Of a stretch of DNA of 64,000 nucleotides, positions 25,733-38,368 are shown piece by piece. The stretch comes from Octopus sinensis. Its lineage: Eukaryota. The notes beneath the pieces are model-generated. The model saw only the letters and a program-made list of their open reading frames with translations, was not told where the DNA came from and did not search any database. Positions within the stretch are counted from its first letter, which is position 1, and every line of letters begins with the position of its first letter. Both the position numbers and the translations under genes were made by a program. The stretch covers positions 25,853,360-25,917,359 of the forward strand of contig NC_043019.1 of assembly GCF_006345805.1 (NCBI RefSeq). The letters run 5' to 3'.

Positions 25733-26873
25733 TGTAGTATGTATGTATGTAGGTATGTATGTATGTATGTATGTATGTATGTATGTATGTATTATGTATG
25801 TATGCGTGTGTATCTATATAAATATATATGTATATATATATATATTATATATATATATATATCGGTAATGAAATTTGAAAAGAAAATACGAAACCGGTTA
25901 TTTCTTCAAAAACAATGTCACTACACACAAAATTTTATAACATTTTCCTAATATGACGATTTAAATATTCTTTAACCATATAATACAAGTCGTCTGTAGT
26001 TTTTTTTATTCCATTTTTTATTCCATAAGATTCTTTCGTTTAACAGATGCGCGCTCGCACACACACACACGGACACACTCACACATTCATACACAATCAG
26101 AGAGAAATCTACAAAAAACTTTTCCATCAGTCAATCAATTGATTTTGGTTTTTTTATTATAAGTTTATTAGTTGTTTTTTTTTATTCCAATACAGGATAT
26201 CAAATAAAGCTTTGAAGTAAAAGAATTCCAGACAATTCTACTCATCAAATCAAACAACCTCAGCCATTCCATTCCACACGCAACGTAATCACAATCTACC
26301 AAATATTGGTGAAGAACTACAAATATTATCTTCATTCCTCAATTGGCAATGATAACTCTGTTCCCCCAACTGATTACGACTTTCCACTCTAGTTAGTTAT
26401 CGTCTGCTTTTCTTTCTTTTTTTTTCAGTCAATTTATAGTTTTTTTTGTGTGTGTTTGTGTGTCTGTCTGTGTGTGTGTGTCGGTATGTGTTTGTCGATA
26501 TGTGTTTGTCGGTGTGTGTGTGTGATCATTTTTTTTGTTTCGTTTTTGTTTTCTCCATTTTTTTTTCTTTTTTCACAAATCCTTCACTCTTGAAGAAAAT
26601 AAAACAAAATGATTTGACATTCTTAATTACAGATAATTCATTTCATATTTCGTTCTAATTAACCTTTAAACAAAATAACTTTAGTTTAAATTACAAATAT
26701 CAAGAGTTGCTTTTTCTAGTCAACTTAAAAAAAAAACTTTTGATCTTGTTTCAAATTTATGGTTCATAACTTTTCCAAATGTTAATTTTTAAATATGTAT
26801 GTGTATATGTGTGTATGTGTGTGTGTGTGTGCGTATTCATGTGTGCATGTGTGTGTATATGTGCGTGTATCTA

Positions 26874-26913
<40 letters not shown>

Positions 26914-26918
<5 letters not shown>

Positions 26919-27219
26919 AAGAGAATTTGAAAATACAGAGGTCTTTCAAAGATGTTTATTGACTTGACCAGTTTCACTTTTTTAAAGAAAAGATTATCAA
27001 AAGCAAAATGTAAGTCTTTGTGTAGCCTTTGTTTTTGTTAAAAAATGGTTATCATAGATGTAATAAAATACATTTTAATAACATCTATGATATCCATTTT
27101 TAACGACACAAAGCTACACAAGACTTACATTTTGCTTTTTTAATCTCTTTTTAAAAAGTGAAACCGTAAAGTCAATTGACATCTTTAAAAGACCTCTGCG
27201 TTTCAAATCCTCTTTCCTA
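26914..27219. repeat. About 305-bp imperfect fold-back palindrome with decayed hammerhead motifs in both arms
   Basis: The arms mirror about 27070. The left arm on the minus strand reads gctt-TTGATAA-t ctttt..aaaag t-GAAAC-tg-GTC-aagt. Flanked by (TA)n. Confidence 0.85.
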
Positions 27220-27263
27220 AATATTTTCACACTGCGGTACCATGCAGTTTACTTTGTAATATA

Positions 27264-27315
<52 letters not shown>

Positions 27316-27378
27316 GATATATATATTATATATATATATATATATAGATATATACTCATATATATATATATATATATA

Positions 27379-27703
27379 TACAAGATAAGAAAATGGAGAA
27401 ATACATCTAAATCAAATATCAATTATCAGATATACTCAATCACATACTTATTAAACCACCACATAAGAGACTGTAGGGTTAAACTAAAAAAGCAAACAAA
27501 TCAGTGTACCCCAGTGTATTATAACAACATTACTCTTTTATGTACACTTTTTTATGTACATTCCTTTATGTACACTGATTTGTTCTGCTTTTTATATTTA
27601 ACCCTATAGTCTCTATGTGGGTGGTTTAATAAAGTATGTGATTGAGTATTATCTGATAATTGATATTTGATTTAGATGTATTTCTCCATTTTCTTATCTT
27701 GTA
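27379..27703. repeat. Fold-back palindrome, arms about 130 bp
   Basis: tacaagataagaaaatggagaaatacatctaaatcaaatatcaattatcagat... is mirrored at 27570-27703. Confidence 0.9.
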
Positions 27704-29117
27704 TTAGTAATTTGTGGTAAATCATTTAACTTTTGCCCATATAATACAGTAACTGAATTGATTGCATCGCAATCCTTAAGTTTTTGTATTACTACTTTGT
27801 TTGGTACTTCACTACAGTATATTGGATATATGTTATCCCATAGAGGTTGCATTTACAACCCCTATCTCAATTTGTATATATATATTATATATATATATTA
27901 TATATATATATTATAATATGCGTATATGTATAATATATTGTATAATAAAATTGGATTCAATCCTAAATCTGATTTTTCCCTGTAAATTTGGATTTAATTC
28001 CCTAATATGTATTATATATACATATATATTATATATGTATAATATATATATATTAATGTAATATATATATATAATATATATATATGTATATAATATAGAT
28101 ATATATATATATAGAGAGAGAGAGGAGAGAGAGAGAGAGAGGTTGTGGTACAACAAGGCGCAATGTATATATATATACTCTCACCTTGGCTCAGCTCCAT
28201 ATGGCATAATGTGTCCATTGCATCAGATATTCGTAGAAGCGATTCTTCTCCAAATGTTAACTATGTGAGACAATGTAACTACAATCACCACAAATCATTG
28301 TAATTATTATGTAGATACATTCTCTTTCAGTTGTTATTTCATTTGATTCACCATTGCCAGTTTTCTTAAGGGGATATCTATTAAATGCTTCCACAAGAAA
28401 GATATATTTGCATTTGGTTTGGTGAACTGTAGAACGTATTCCAATCTACCTCTCCGCTCGACCCACCTACTCTTGAGATTTTCATTACAATAGACCTTCA
28501 CGTCGCGATTTTAGTGAAAATGTGCACCCACCTTGCAGGAAAACTTACGCTATCTTCATTCCATAAAATCTCCCAACCGCTTGACTTGACGGCTCCCTGC
28601 AGCAAGTCCAAACAAACGGAATTAATTTCAATGTTGTCAAAAAAGAATTGTTCAATTAAATCCAACGCTGACAACGCACATTACTCTGGTAACTTCACAT
28701 TGACCCCTTATGGTTACAAAGAGAGTCGCAGCTGCATTCTAACTGCAACTGATGTAGCCATCTAACGTGAATTTGAACTAGTTTCAGCGTTATGAAACAG
28801 CCTTATATAAACAGCCTTATATAAAAATTTTTCATCTTCTGTACATTTTACTAGATGCCACTCATAATACTTAACTCTTCGCGTGGAGCCGTCTTCATTA
28901 AGAGTATGGACTAATGCTGGAAAAAAAAGTTTCCAAAGGGCATCTTCCAAAATGTCATGGAGCCTGATTGTTAAATGCCAATCTCACAACGGATTTCTGA
29001 AAAGAAATTTTGGAGATTACACAGAACTGTCCAACCGCAATTGTTCTCTCTTAGTGCTTATGGGCGATCGCAATTATTATGAGTGGCTATGGCTTCTATC
29101 ATACTGTGGATTCTTAT

Positions 29118-29515
29118 TTATTTGTCCTCGGGGTTATCCTTCCGGCGGATATCATTATATAGTGTCCTAGTTAAAGCATCATGACTCATCGGAAGATAAT
29201 ACCGTGAAGATATTTTCGGACAACTGCTTATGATGTGGGTGATATTTTCGGCATTAACTCCACAAAGTCTGCATCGGTTGTCACAGTTTACTGTTTTTCT
29301 TGAATCTCTGTCCCTTTTGTGCATTAAGTATTTGGTTGATATTTCCTGTCCTTGGAGTGCAAATGTATACCTTTCAAAGTGGGAGGTAGCAATCCGGTTA
29401 TTGGTCGATGATAGACTGCTTTGATAATCAATGCTACCATTATCTTGGAGTTTCCTACTAACATATCCATGCATGGTCTTCTGTTCATATATGCTCATCT
29501 TTTCATCTGATGATA
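29118..29515 (-). pseudogene. R4/Dong-clade LINE fragment with CCHC knuckle
   Basis: KTMHGYVSRKL...QGQEISTKYL...CDNRCRLCGVNAENITHIISSCPKISSRYYLPMSHD. Its 5' end abuts (CATA)n. Confidence 0.85.
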
Positions 29516-29721
29516 CGTCGCGGTAGAGACGTGCGACTTCTTTGTATGTATGTATGTATGTAAGTATGTATGTATGTATGTATGTATGTATGTATGTATG
29601 CATGTATGTATGTATGGAACAGCTGCCATTCCACTACATGTCCGGTAAGTTCACTGTAATCAATTTACTGTTTGGTGAGGAGGGGTCAATAAAATAGTTT
29701 TTAATTGTTAATGGTGTGATA

Positions 29722-30032
29722 ATTGCTTGCATACAGCTTTTCGAGATCAGTGACGAAAAGTTTCTGGAAAAACGATATAAATATTTGCATTGGGACCCCT
29801 TTCATCGAAAACCAGTGATTGTCGTACGCTGAAGACATGTCAATACCTAGAAACTGCAGTCCGTGCGTATCACTTAGGTTGACGAGGGAAGGGTGACCTC
29901 CCTTTGCAAATACCATAAGGGCACAGAAAGTGTGCCTAAAGCCAGCTGGAGACGATGTTCTCCTGGGGCTACAAGCTACAGTAACACCCACCCTTAGTGG
30001 TTAGCTATACTGAGATGGCAAGTATACCTCAC
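29722..30032 (+). mobile_element. Retrozyme-like element, partial monomer (same family as 45675-46164)
   Basis: Colinear, highly similar match to 45803-46114. It contains a hammerhead at 29814-29874. Confidence 0.85.
29814..29874 (+). ncRNA. Type I hammerhead ribozyme
   Basis: agtgat-tgt-cgtacg-CTGAAGA-catgtcaatacct a-GAAAC-tgca-GTC-cgtgcg-t-atcact. Stem II is weakened in this copy. Confidence 0.8.
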
Positions 30033-32060
30033 TATAGATGTATTTTCTCAGTAAACTTTCCTCGCGGTGAAATTTCTTCACGGTGAACTGATGGCGGTTA
30101 ACTTACCTGTAATCATTCCACTGCGTTTAGGAGTCTTTAGGAGTTGAGACTCGTATATCTAGGACCCTACTGCTGCGCCAATTACAGAATACCAACCCCA
30201 GAATTACTGACTTTCTTAATAGTTTCGCCTGTAGGGATGGTGCTGTGTCCACGGCCTTCGGATGCAGCGCTCCGAAAAAGGCGAGGCAGACATTATCATT
30301 GATAATTCCAAGCTGACTGCAGCAGGAACAAAACAAATATGGACAGTACTGGAATTCCAGGGGGCGGGGGATAGGATATTCTTGAAAAGAAGGATTGAGT
30401 GTAGTGATGCAGTGGCCTACTGGTGGGAAGACGAACGAACCAGCTGTGCATGAGTGGAGGAAATACAAGACTAGCCAATTGGAGGAGCAGAGTCTATTGT
30501 AGTAGCGGTTGAAAAGATAGAGAGAGAGGACAGAGCAGGATACCTTATTGCACATGCTCTTCATTATATTTATAATATTGGTTTCAAATTTTGGCGGAAG
30601 ACCAGCAGTTTGGGATAGGGTAGGGGCTCAGTCGATTACATCGACCCCAGTGTTTAACTGGTACTTAATTTATCGACCCCGAATGGATGAAAGGCAAAGT
30701 CCACCTCGGTGGAATTTGAAATCAGAGTATAAAGAGAGACATTATATTTGTAATATTGATTTCTAACATTGGCACAAGACCCATATTTATAGAAGAAGAG
30801 TAAGGTCGAAGGGGGAGATTAAATATTGTACATTACAACTACACCGCCTTTGCATTGATTTATGATATCGATTCAATTGTATTGATAAATTATTGCTTCA
30901 TAACAACGCCCACCATTCACTGGTTCATTATGATTTCTTGATTGCTGGAGGGTGGCGAGAGTGCATTCAGGTGAATTGAACCGACTTTTTTTTATTGTGC
31001 TTAAAATATCGACCCTGGAAAAACGAAAGGCAAAAATCATACCCGGCAGAATAGAGGAATGAAACGAAAATATCTTATGCATTTTACCCTCTTTCTCTCT
31101 CTCCCTCTCTCTCCCCCTCTCTCTCTCTCTCTCTCTCTCCTCCTCTTTTGCTATCTCCATCTCCATCTCTCTCCCTCTCTTCACCACTTTCTCCCACTAG
31201 CACCCTTACTTAATTTCTCCCCCACCTTTGTTTCTTTCTTCCTCTCAATCTCAACTACCCAACCGTGTCCGCCTGCTCAATAATACCAATTTGTTTTGTT
31301 CCAATTGATGGTTTAATGCTAGAATGCAGACGATCTGGTTTCCATTTGCGGAAGATACAAGCTAATTCCTTGAGGACAATTCTCCTTTCATGCTTACAGC
31401 AACGCAGTAAACAAGAAAAAAAACCCAATACGTTTCGTAGACTCATCTCTTACAATGCTATGATACAACTTTAACGTATACAAAACGAAATCATGCCAAG
31501 CACTTCATGGTTAAACAGAGAACTCTCTTTAAATTTGTGCCATTCTAACAACAAACTTCATTGACAGGACTAGGTCTCGCTTATCTTATCCCACACAAAG
31601 TATTTTTAATCCCAAATCCCCAGACAGAATCTCTGTCAAGAATTCGTGGTTCCTTTCTTTACTTCCGTCCGATGTACCCTAACCACTGTGTCTCAGTTTT
31701 TCAACAGATCTGTTGTTTTCCGCATAGTTTGGGATTTCAAGTGTAGGATGTATAGCACCATTCCATTGAATATAGTACAAGCTGTCCTTTATATATGTGT
31801 ATTATAAATATGCGCACACATAGATACTCATACATACACACATACATATAGACGCTTCAAAGTTTGTTTATAAAAATGCAAATATATTTACAAGCAATAT
31901 TAAATCTCTGAGCGAGAAGTAAACAGTAGCAGCACGGAATCGTGAAGTATATTTGCCAGCTCAATGTGGCGCTCCCATAGAGGACAATGCTACTGTTGTT
32001 TATAGCCCCCAGAAAGACATATCCACCAGCTGGATTTACTCCCTAATATTATTATTATGA

Positions 32061-32096
<36 letters not shown>

Positions 32097-32156
32097 TGGA
32101 AAATGAGTGAAATCCTTGGCACAGTTAGGTATATTTCAAAAAAAGAATGGCTTCCC

Positions 32157-32387
32157 TGGTAGTTCTAATCAATTTAATTTTCTAATAACATAATATACTT
32201 TTACAGTTTGGTTTTAGATTTAGTAAGTTCTTTGCTAACTTTTCTGGAGAACTTTTTCACATTCATTGGTGGCAATCGTCAAACTGATCAAATTCTTCCC
32301 CACCAAAGCTAACAAAGAACTTACTAGATTTAGTAAGCCAAACTGTAAAATTATATTATTAGAAAATTAAATTGATTAGAACTACCA
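32157..32387. repeat. Fold-back inverted repeat, arms about 90 bp
   Basis: tggtagttctaatcaatttaattttctaataa...cagtttgg...tagtaagttctttg is mirrored at 32305-32387. Confidence 0.85.
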
Positions 32388-32417
32388 ATGTAGTATATAC
32401 ACACATACATATACATA

Positions 32418-32456
<39 letters not shown>

Positions 32457-32544
32457 GATTATTATTATTATTATATATTATATTATTATTATTATTATTA
32501 TTAATATCTATTATATTAGATTATTATTGTTATGGTTATTGTTA

Positions 32545-32583
<39 letters not shown>

Positions 32584-32764
32584 GTTATTGTTATTATTAT
32601 TATTATATTATTATATTTGGGAACTCCTATTTCAGGATAACCTTATTGTACGGAATAGCATAGAAAACTATACCAATAAAATAATATAAACATTTAATAA
32701 ACCTACTATAAAATACAATAAAATTATTTGAAAAAAATTTTGAAAAAATCTATATAACTTACTC

Positions 32765-32795
<31 letters not shown>

Positions 32796-33435
32796 CATAA
32801 AGGATGTGTTATAATACTATTCCACATATACAAAAACAGCCATTCCAACAATCCAACACACCACCATCAACAGCTGCCCCACGAATATCATTATGGTTTC
32901 GACACCTAGGCAGCACCATTCAATCCGGCGGTGTCAACAGCATTAAAATAAGTGTTGTTTGGGAACAAACATACCAAAGAAACTGCAAACGACCTGCACA
33001 AAGGATTTGTTGTTTTTCTACAGAACAAAACGCAGACCCCACATCCTAGTATAGGAATTCAAATCACGATTTAGCGATCGTGAGTGTAACACCCTAACCA
33101 CTACCCCATGCGCCTTCACACATATAGTGTGTGCATGTGTGTGTTTTATATACGACGGGCCTCCTTCCGTTTCCGTTTACCAAATTCACTCACGTGGTGT
33201 TGATCGACCCGCAACTATTGTAGAAAACAATTGCCCAGTAATCTGAGCAGGTGGCCTGAACCCGAAACTGCGTGGTTTGAAACGCGAGTTTCTTAACCAA
33301 ACAACCCTTCATTAAATCTTAATATTTTCGATTCTTTTAATGAATAGTTCCCCCTCCCCCATCACAACAATCACTAATCATCCTAATAGGATGGAAAATA
33401 TCACAACCGATGTTGATGAAGGATAGGAAGCAGTG

Positions 33436-33466
<31 letters not shown>

Positions 33467-33606
33467 TATATGTATATATATTATATATATATGTATGTAT
33501 TATATATATACATATGTATATATATATATAATATATATATTACATACATATATATATATATATATATACATACCATAATATATATATATATATACTATAT
33601 ACATAC

Positions 33607-33697
<91 letters not shown>

Positions 33698-33836
33698 TAT
33701 TATATATATTTTATAATTTGTGAAATAAATGTTACGAGCTAACGGGGAAATATTGATTATTTTAAAATCGATCACATGATTTACAAATTATATTCCCTCT
33801 TCCCCGCAAGAAACAAATAATAACAGTAACGATCAC

Positions 33837-33837
<1 letters not shown>

Positions 33838-33920
<83 letters not shown>

Positions 33921-33934
33921 TATCATCATCATCA

Positions 33935-33980
<46 letters not shown>

Positions 33981-33995
33981 CATTATTATTATTAT
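33838..33995. repeat. (ATT)n/(ATC)n microsatellite (a larger similar block at 39304-39650; (GAG)n/(GAA)n at 39779-39899)
   Basis: Directly visible. Confidence 0.95.
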
Positions 33996-34410
33996 CTTTA
34001 TGGAGGAAGAAAAGGAGGAGGCGGAGGGGTGAAGAATGAGAAGGAGGAGGATTAGTAGGAGGAGAATGGCAACAATGATGCTGATGATGACGACGACGAT
34101 GATGACTTTTTCTTCATTGGCTACAAGCGCTGTAGAATACATTTAGATCAATACGAAGACAAAGAACAGAGTAAACGATAGAAACAATAATTTGCAAAAA
34201 AAATCTGAACGAGATCCACATTTAATGGCATTAGATCAACCCCCAGTACACAACAGGTACTAATTTTACTGACCGTGAAAGAATGAAAGGCAAAGACGAC
34301 TTAGGCTGAATTTGAACTGAGAACGAAAAAACGAATGAAATGCTGTTAAGCATTTTACCCAGCGTACCTTACGACTCTGTCACCTTGTCACCTTAATAAT
34401 AATAATAATA

Positions 34411-34462
<52 letters not shown>

Positions 34463-35798
34463 CTTCGTAATACAGTGTAGGTAAAAATGCACCGGTGTCT
34501 TTAGTCATCTGTCAAGTCACAACAAGGACCCCATCCCGCTGAAAAGGTCCCTAAATAACGGTTATTTAAAGATGTTGAACAAAATACACATGTTTCCAGA
34601 GGTGGATTATCAAAACCCCACAGAGTTCCTTTCAACACATGGCTATGATGCTCCCCCTCTACTTCTGCTCATGATCAGATTCACATATCGTCAGCCACTA
34701 AGGGACATGGTCAACTGATCGGTGGTATTGAGCAGAATATTTGCTGTAGCCCATCTTTTGTACCAAGACATAAGAATGTACATAACACTTGCAATCAGTT
34801 AAGATTAGTAGCCATGAGAGCCACAGGCTGGTACTGTATCAGGGCATTTATCAAGACAATCACTTGGCTTTTCCACGTAATTGAAACACACTTCGTCCTC
34901 AATAAATGCTTCGTCACTTCGTCTTCCTTCAGTTCGTTTTGTAGTTTTATCAGTTCTTCGTTCGCATTTTTTTTTTTTTGAAGAACTTCAGAAGAAATTC
35001 AGTTTAACTTGGAATGGTTCCTCCCCCTCCTTCTCCTTCTCCTCACACATGTTGTCTTCCTTGGGGCATATTCTTTTGGCCTTCAGCAATCTTTTCAGCA
35101 ATCTGCCATCTTTTGTTCGCTTTCCAATTCCTCTTCATCATCAAAACGTGATGGGAAAGTGCTGATGGTTATGTCAGAGAGCGAGGGGTCACTAGGCCTC
35201 CTGGTTGGTTCCTGGAATCGTGGATGACATGGGTGCTTTCACCACTGCCCAATAGCGCCCTCAGAGTAGAACCTCTGTAGACAACTGAGGCCGTTAATAT
35301 ATTAAGTTATTTAGTTGATTTTTATTCCAATTCTTCAGGGCAGAAATCTCTGAAATAGTCTGTATATGTAACAGCTGAGCTATCTGGCCTGAACGCTTTT
35401 CTCTCGGTACCTACTTGTGCGGCACAACTCTGGGGGCATTTTGTGGCCCTGTAGAGTAAAGAAAACTCATATTTGTGACCACCTACCGTATGAGAAAAGG
35501 AACCACTTAAGCTCGCTGTCAACGTCGGCACCGATGTCTTTTACGATGACACTTGTGTTTCTTCGCCCCAAATATTATGACAGTAATTAATGAACATGTG
35601 TAGGATGCACAATTTTGAATATTTCTCCTCTGCATACTTAATTTTAAAAATAACACACACGGTGCTATGTGCTCCACACGCTTTATGTAAACGAGTCACC
35701 TACGTATCAGCGAGGTTAATATAAAAAATGACAAAAAAGATAAAGCATCCTTCTTGAGCACTATGGGCTTGCAAGGACCGGTGGCATATATATATATA

Positions 35799-35922
35799 TA
35801 TAATCAAAATAAGCAAGCAACAAGAATGACTCCGGTAATTTGGTACGATCGTTTCGTACGATGTAGTACGAAACGATCGTACCAAATTACCGGAGTCATT
35901 CTTGTTGCTTATTTTGATTATA
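35799..35922. repeat. Near-perfect hairpin (45-bp perfect core, 6-nt loop) containing a hammerhead 3' half
   Basis: 35815-35859 is the exact reverse complement of 35866-35910, with loop gatgta. The right arm begins gtac-GAAAC-gatc-GTA-ccaaatt. Confidence 0.92.
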
Positions 35923-36045
35923 ATCACCCCACGTATTTCTATGGATAACACCATACAAAATTCTGGTGCATCTAAATTAAGTACCATATTCATTTGAATC
36001 TAAATTTTTGCTGAACTTATATATATAAATATATATATATATTTA

Positions 36046-36226
36046 ACCCCTGGATGGGATGCCGGTCTGTAGCAGGATTATTCATTTTTGCCAGTTGAGC
36101 AGACTGCAGCAACGTGAAATAGAGTGTCTTGCTCAAAAGGACAATAGATCGCCTGTTCGAGGAATCGAAACCACAATCTTACGATCATGAGTGCAGCACC
36201 CTAACCACCAAGCCGCACACCTCCAC
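36046..36226 (-). mobile_element. tRNA-derived SINE, type D (+ copy at 57359-57577)
   Basis: A/B-box head (GTTTCGATTCC) followed by ttgagcaagacac..atttcacgttgct..ctcaactggcaaaaatga..catccaggg in both copies. Confidence 0.65.
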
Positions 36227-36513
36227 AACAAGGCATGTCTCTAATTGTTCTTTGAATAGCTCAAGTAAGTGTCCGCATAGGTAGGCTAACTTCCCTCTTT
36301 CGTACGTCTGTGAGATAGCTTCAGATAGAAAAAAACATCTATTTTTGACGCATAATGCTGCCATGCTGTTTTTTCATTCGTCTAATTGCTGCACGCCTGC
36401 AGCTTCGCTATTTCAAGTTTTGCATCCAAAAAAAGCTGGCGCTCCATTTATGTCTTCCTCGTTATTTTCATCTGCCGACGATTGTGTGTCTGTGTGTGTG
36501 TGTGTTTGTGTGT

Positions 36514-36578
<65 letters not shown>

Positions 36579-37217
36579 TGTGTGTGTATGTCTGCAAGCG
36601 CTAATGCTTTGTTGTCGAAAAAAGTCACTAGAATTTTTCATAAAAATGCTATTACTGATAGAAGATGTTATCTTTATTCCTTCAAATCCTGCCTATCTTA
36701 CCGTACAATTGCACAATATTTTTGTTGTTTTACTTTTTCTTGAGTATTCTCAATGTTTTTTTTTTCAAGTGCAACAGAAGGAATTAATTTTCATTTACGA
36801 TCTTATTTCAGACAGAATCTTCCAAAGTCTTAAATCTTAATTTTTCCAACAACTTTTACTTTATCATTTTTTAATTTTTTTTTTACTTTTACATTTTAAT
36901 TTTTGCTCTTCTTCGTAACATTCGCCATTCTGTTGCTACTACTTAACAACAGTGAGCTCCACAGTTCTGTCAGTGGTTGACCTGAAGCCCCAGACACAGT
37001 GCGTTAACAGTGACAGGATATTGACATCCATTTCGTTTCTGTGGATTATTTCATTTAGCGATGAGGAAATCAGGTCCATCATTAGCTGACCTTTAGTTTG
37101 TTCGCCAAACTTTCGCCAGTCACTTATGTCGCCATCTACATTCAACAAACTGCGCTAAATTATCATGTGACATAATACTAACTAGACTTATATACAACGT
37201 CCCCTGTACTGCAAAAT

Positions 37218-37432
37218 ATTGATTTCAAATTTTTGCACAAGGCCAGTAATTTCGAGGGTGGGGTAAGTTGATTACATCGACCCCAGTGTTCAACTGGTAC
37301 TATTTTATCGACCCCGAAAAGAGGAAGGGCAAAGTCGACCTCGGTGGAATTTGAATTCAGAACGTAACAACGGATGAAATGCCGCCAAGCATTTTGTACA
37401 GCGTGCTAACAATTCTGCCAGCTCGCCGCCTT
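37218..37432 (-). mobile_element. SINE type C (diverged)
   Basis: Reverse complement of the 42805 head and central domain. Further partial copies near 11120, 12605, 30575, 34225, 40680, 53490, 58110 and 61140. Confidence 0.8.
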
Positions 37433-37448
37433 CTTTGTACTGAAAATG

Positions 37449-37917
37449 AGAATTAAGAATATAGTGAAAAGAAAATAATAGGCGTAAAAAATGTTTTAGG
37501 TTAAAAATTAGAAAAAAATATTTCTACGGCCGTTTCAGGGGCTCAATCCTCTGAGTAAAATGTGAATCTTCAAATTCATTTTCAGAGAACGTCTCCTTCA
37601 TCAAGTAGAAAGTGATGTTTACGGTAGAAATGCATTCAGCGCGTTGCCAAGATTTATCTATGCAAATGGTGGAAGTCTATATGCATAGATATATCTTTTC
37701 TTCCATAAAAGATTCCAGTTACCTCATATCTTGGCAACGAGCTAAATGCATTTCTGCCCTATATATCACTTATTCCCTGATGAAGGAGACGTTCTCTGAT
37801 TCACATTTTCCTCAGAGGATTGAACCCCTGAAACGGCCGTAGGAATATTTTCTTCTAATTTTTAACCTAAAACATTTTTTACGCCTATCGTTTTCTTTTC
37901 ACTATATTTTTAATTCT
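37449..37917. repeat. About 470-bp fold-back palindrome built from two inverted hammerhead-containing units
   Basis: Arms about 37449-37653 and 37727-37917 are reverse complements apart from substitutions and one indel. Confidence 0.92.
37771..37847 (+). ncRNA. Type I hammerhead ribozyme (intact core)
   Basis: tattcc-CTGATGA-agg...(ctctga/tcagag)...cct-GAAA-cggccg-TA-ggaata. Stem I is a perfect 6 bp, stem III is the palindrome ACGGCCGT, and predicted cleavage is after A37841. Confidence 0.85.
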
Positions 37918-38252
37918 TCTTTTAAAAACATTTTTATCTATACTTCATTATATCATTACTATGTTCGTATATTCATATATTTATATACTCCTATATATAT
38001 TTTAATATTCATATTTTTATATTTTTACATGTATTCTTATACGTATTTTTAATATATCAATATATGTTTTTTGGAGAATTCTTTATCTTAAATTAAATCC
38101 GTATAAATACATGTTCGTCGTAGTTTGCCTGATTTGAACTTTCTCCATTCCATTTATTATATTTGTCTAACATCTCAGGTTCAACTTGAGCACTTCTGTG
38201 TCGTCTGTATCTTTCGTAAGAAAAATACAACTATAAATATATATATATATAT

Positions 38253-38291
<39 letters not shown>

Positions 38292-38300
38292 TGTGAGAGA

Positions 38301-38368
<68 letters not shown>

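Noticed and set aside
28200-29110. Non-repetitive stretch with short ORFs (also 30127-30564, 34860-35531, 61500-61850)
   Set aside because: Possibly old transposon remnants, but I recognised no motif with confidence and found no supported exon structure.
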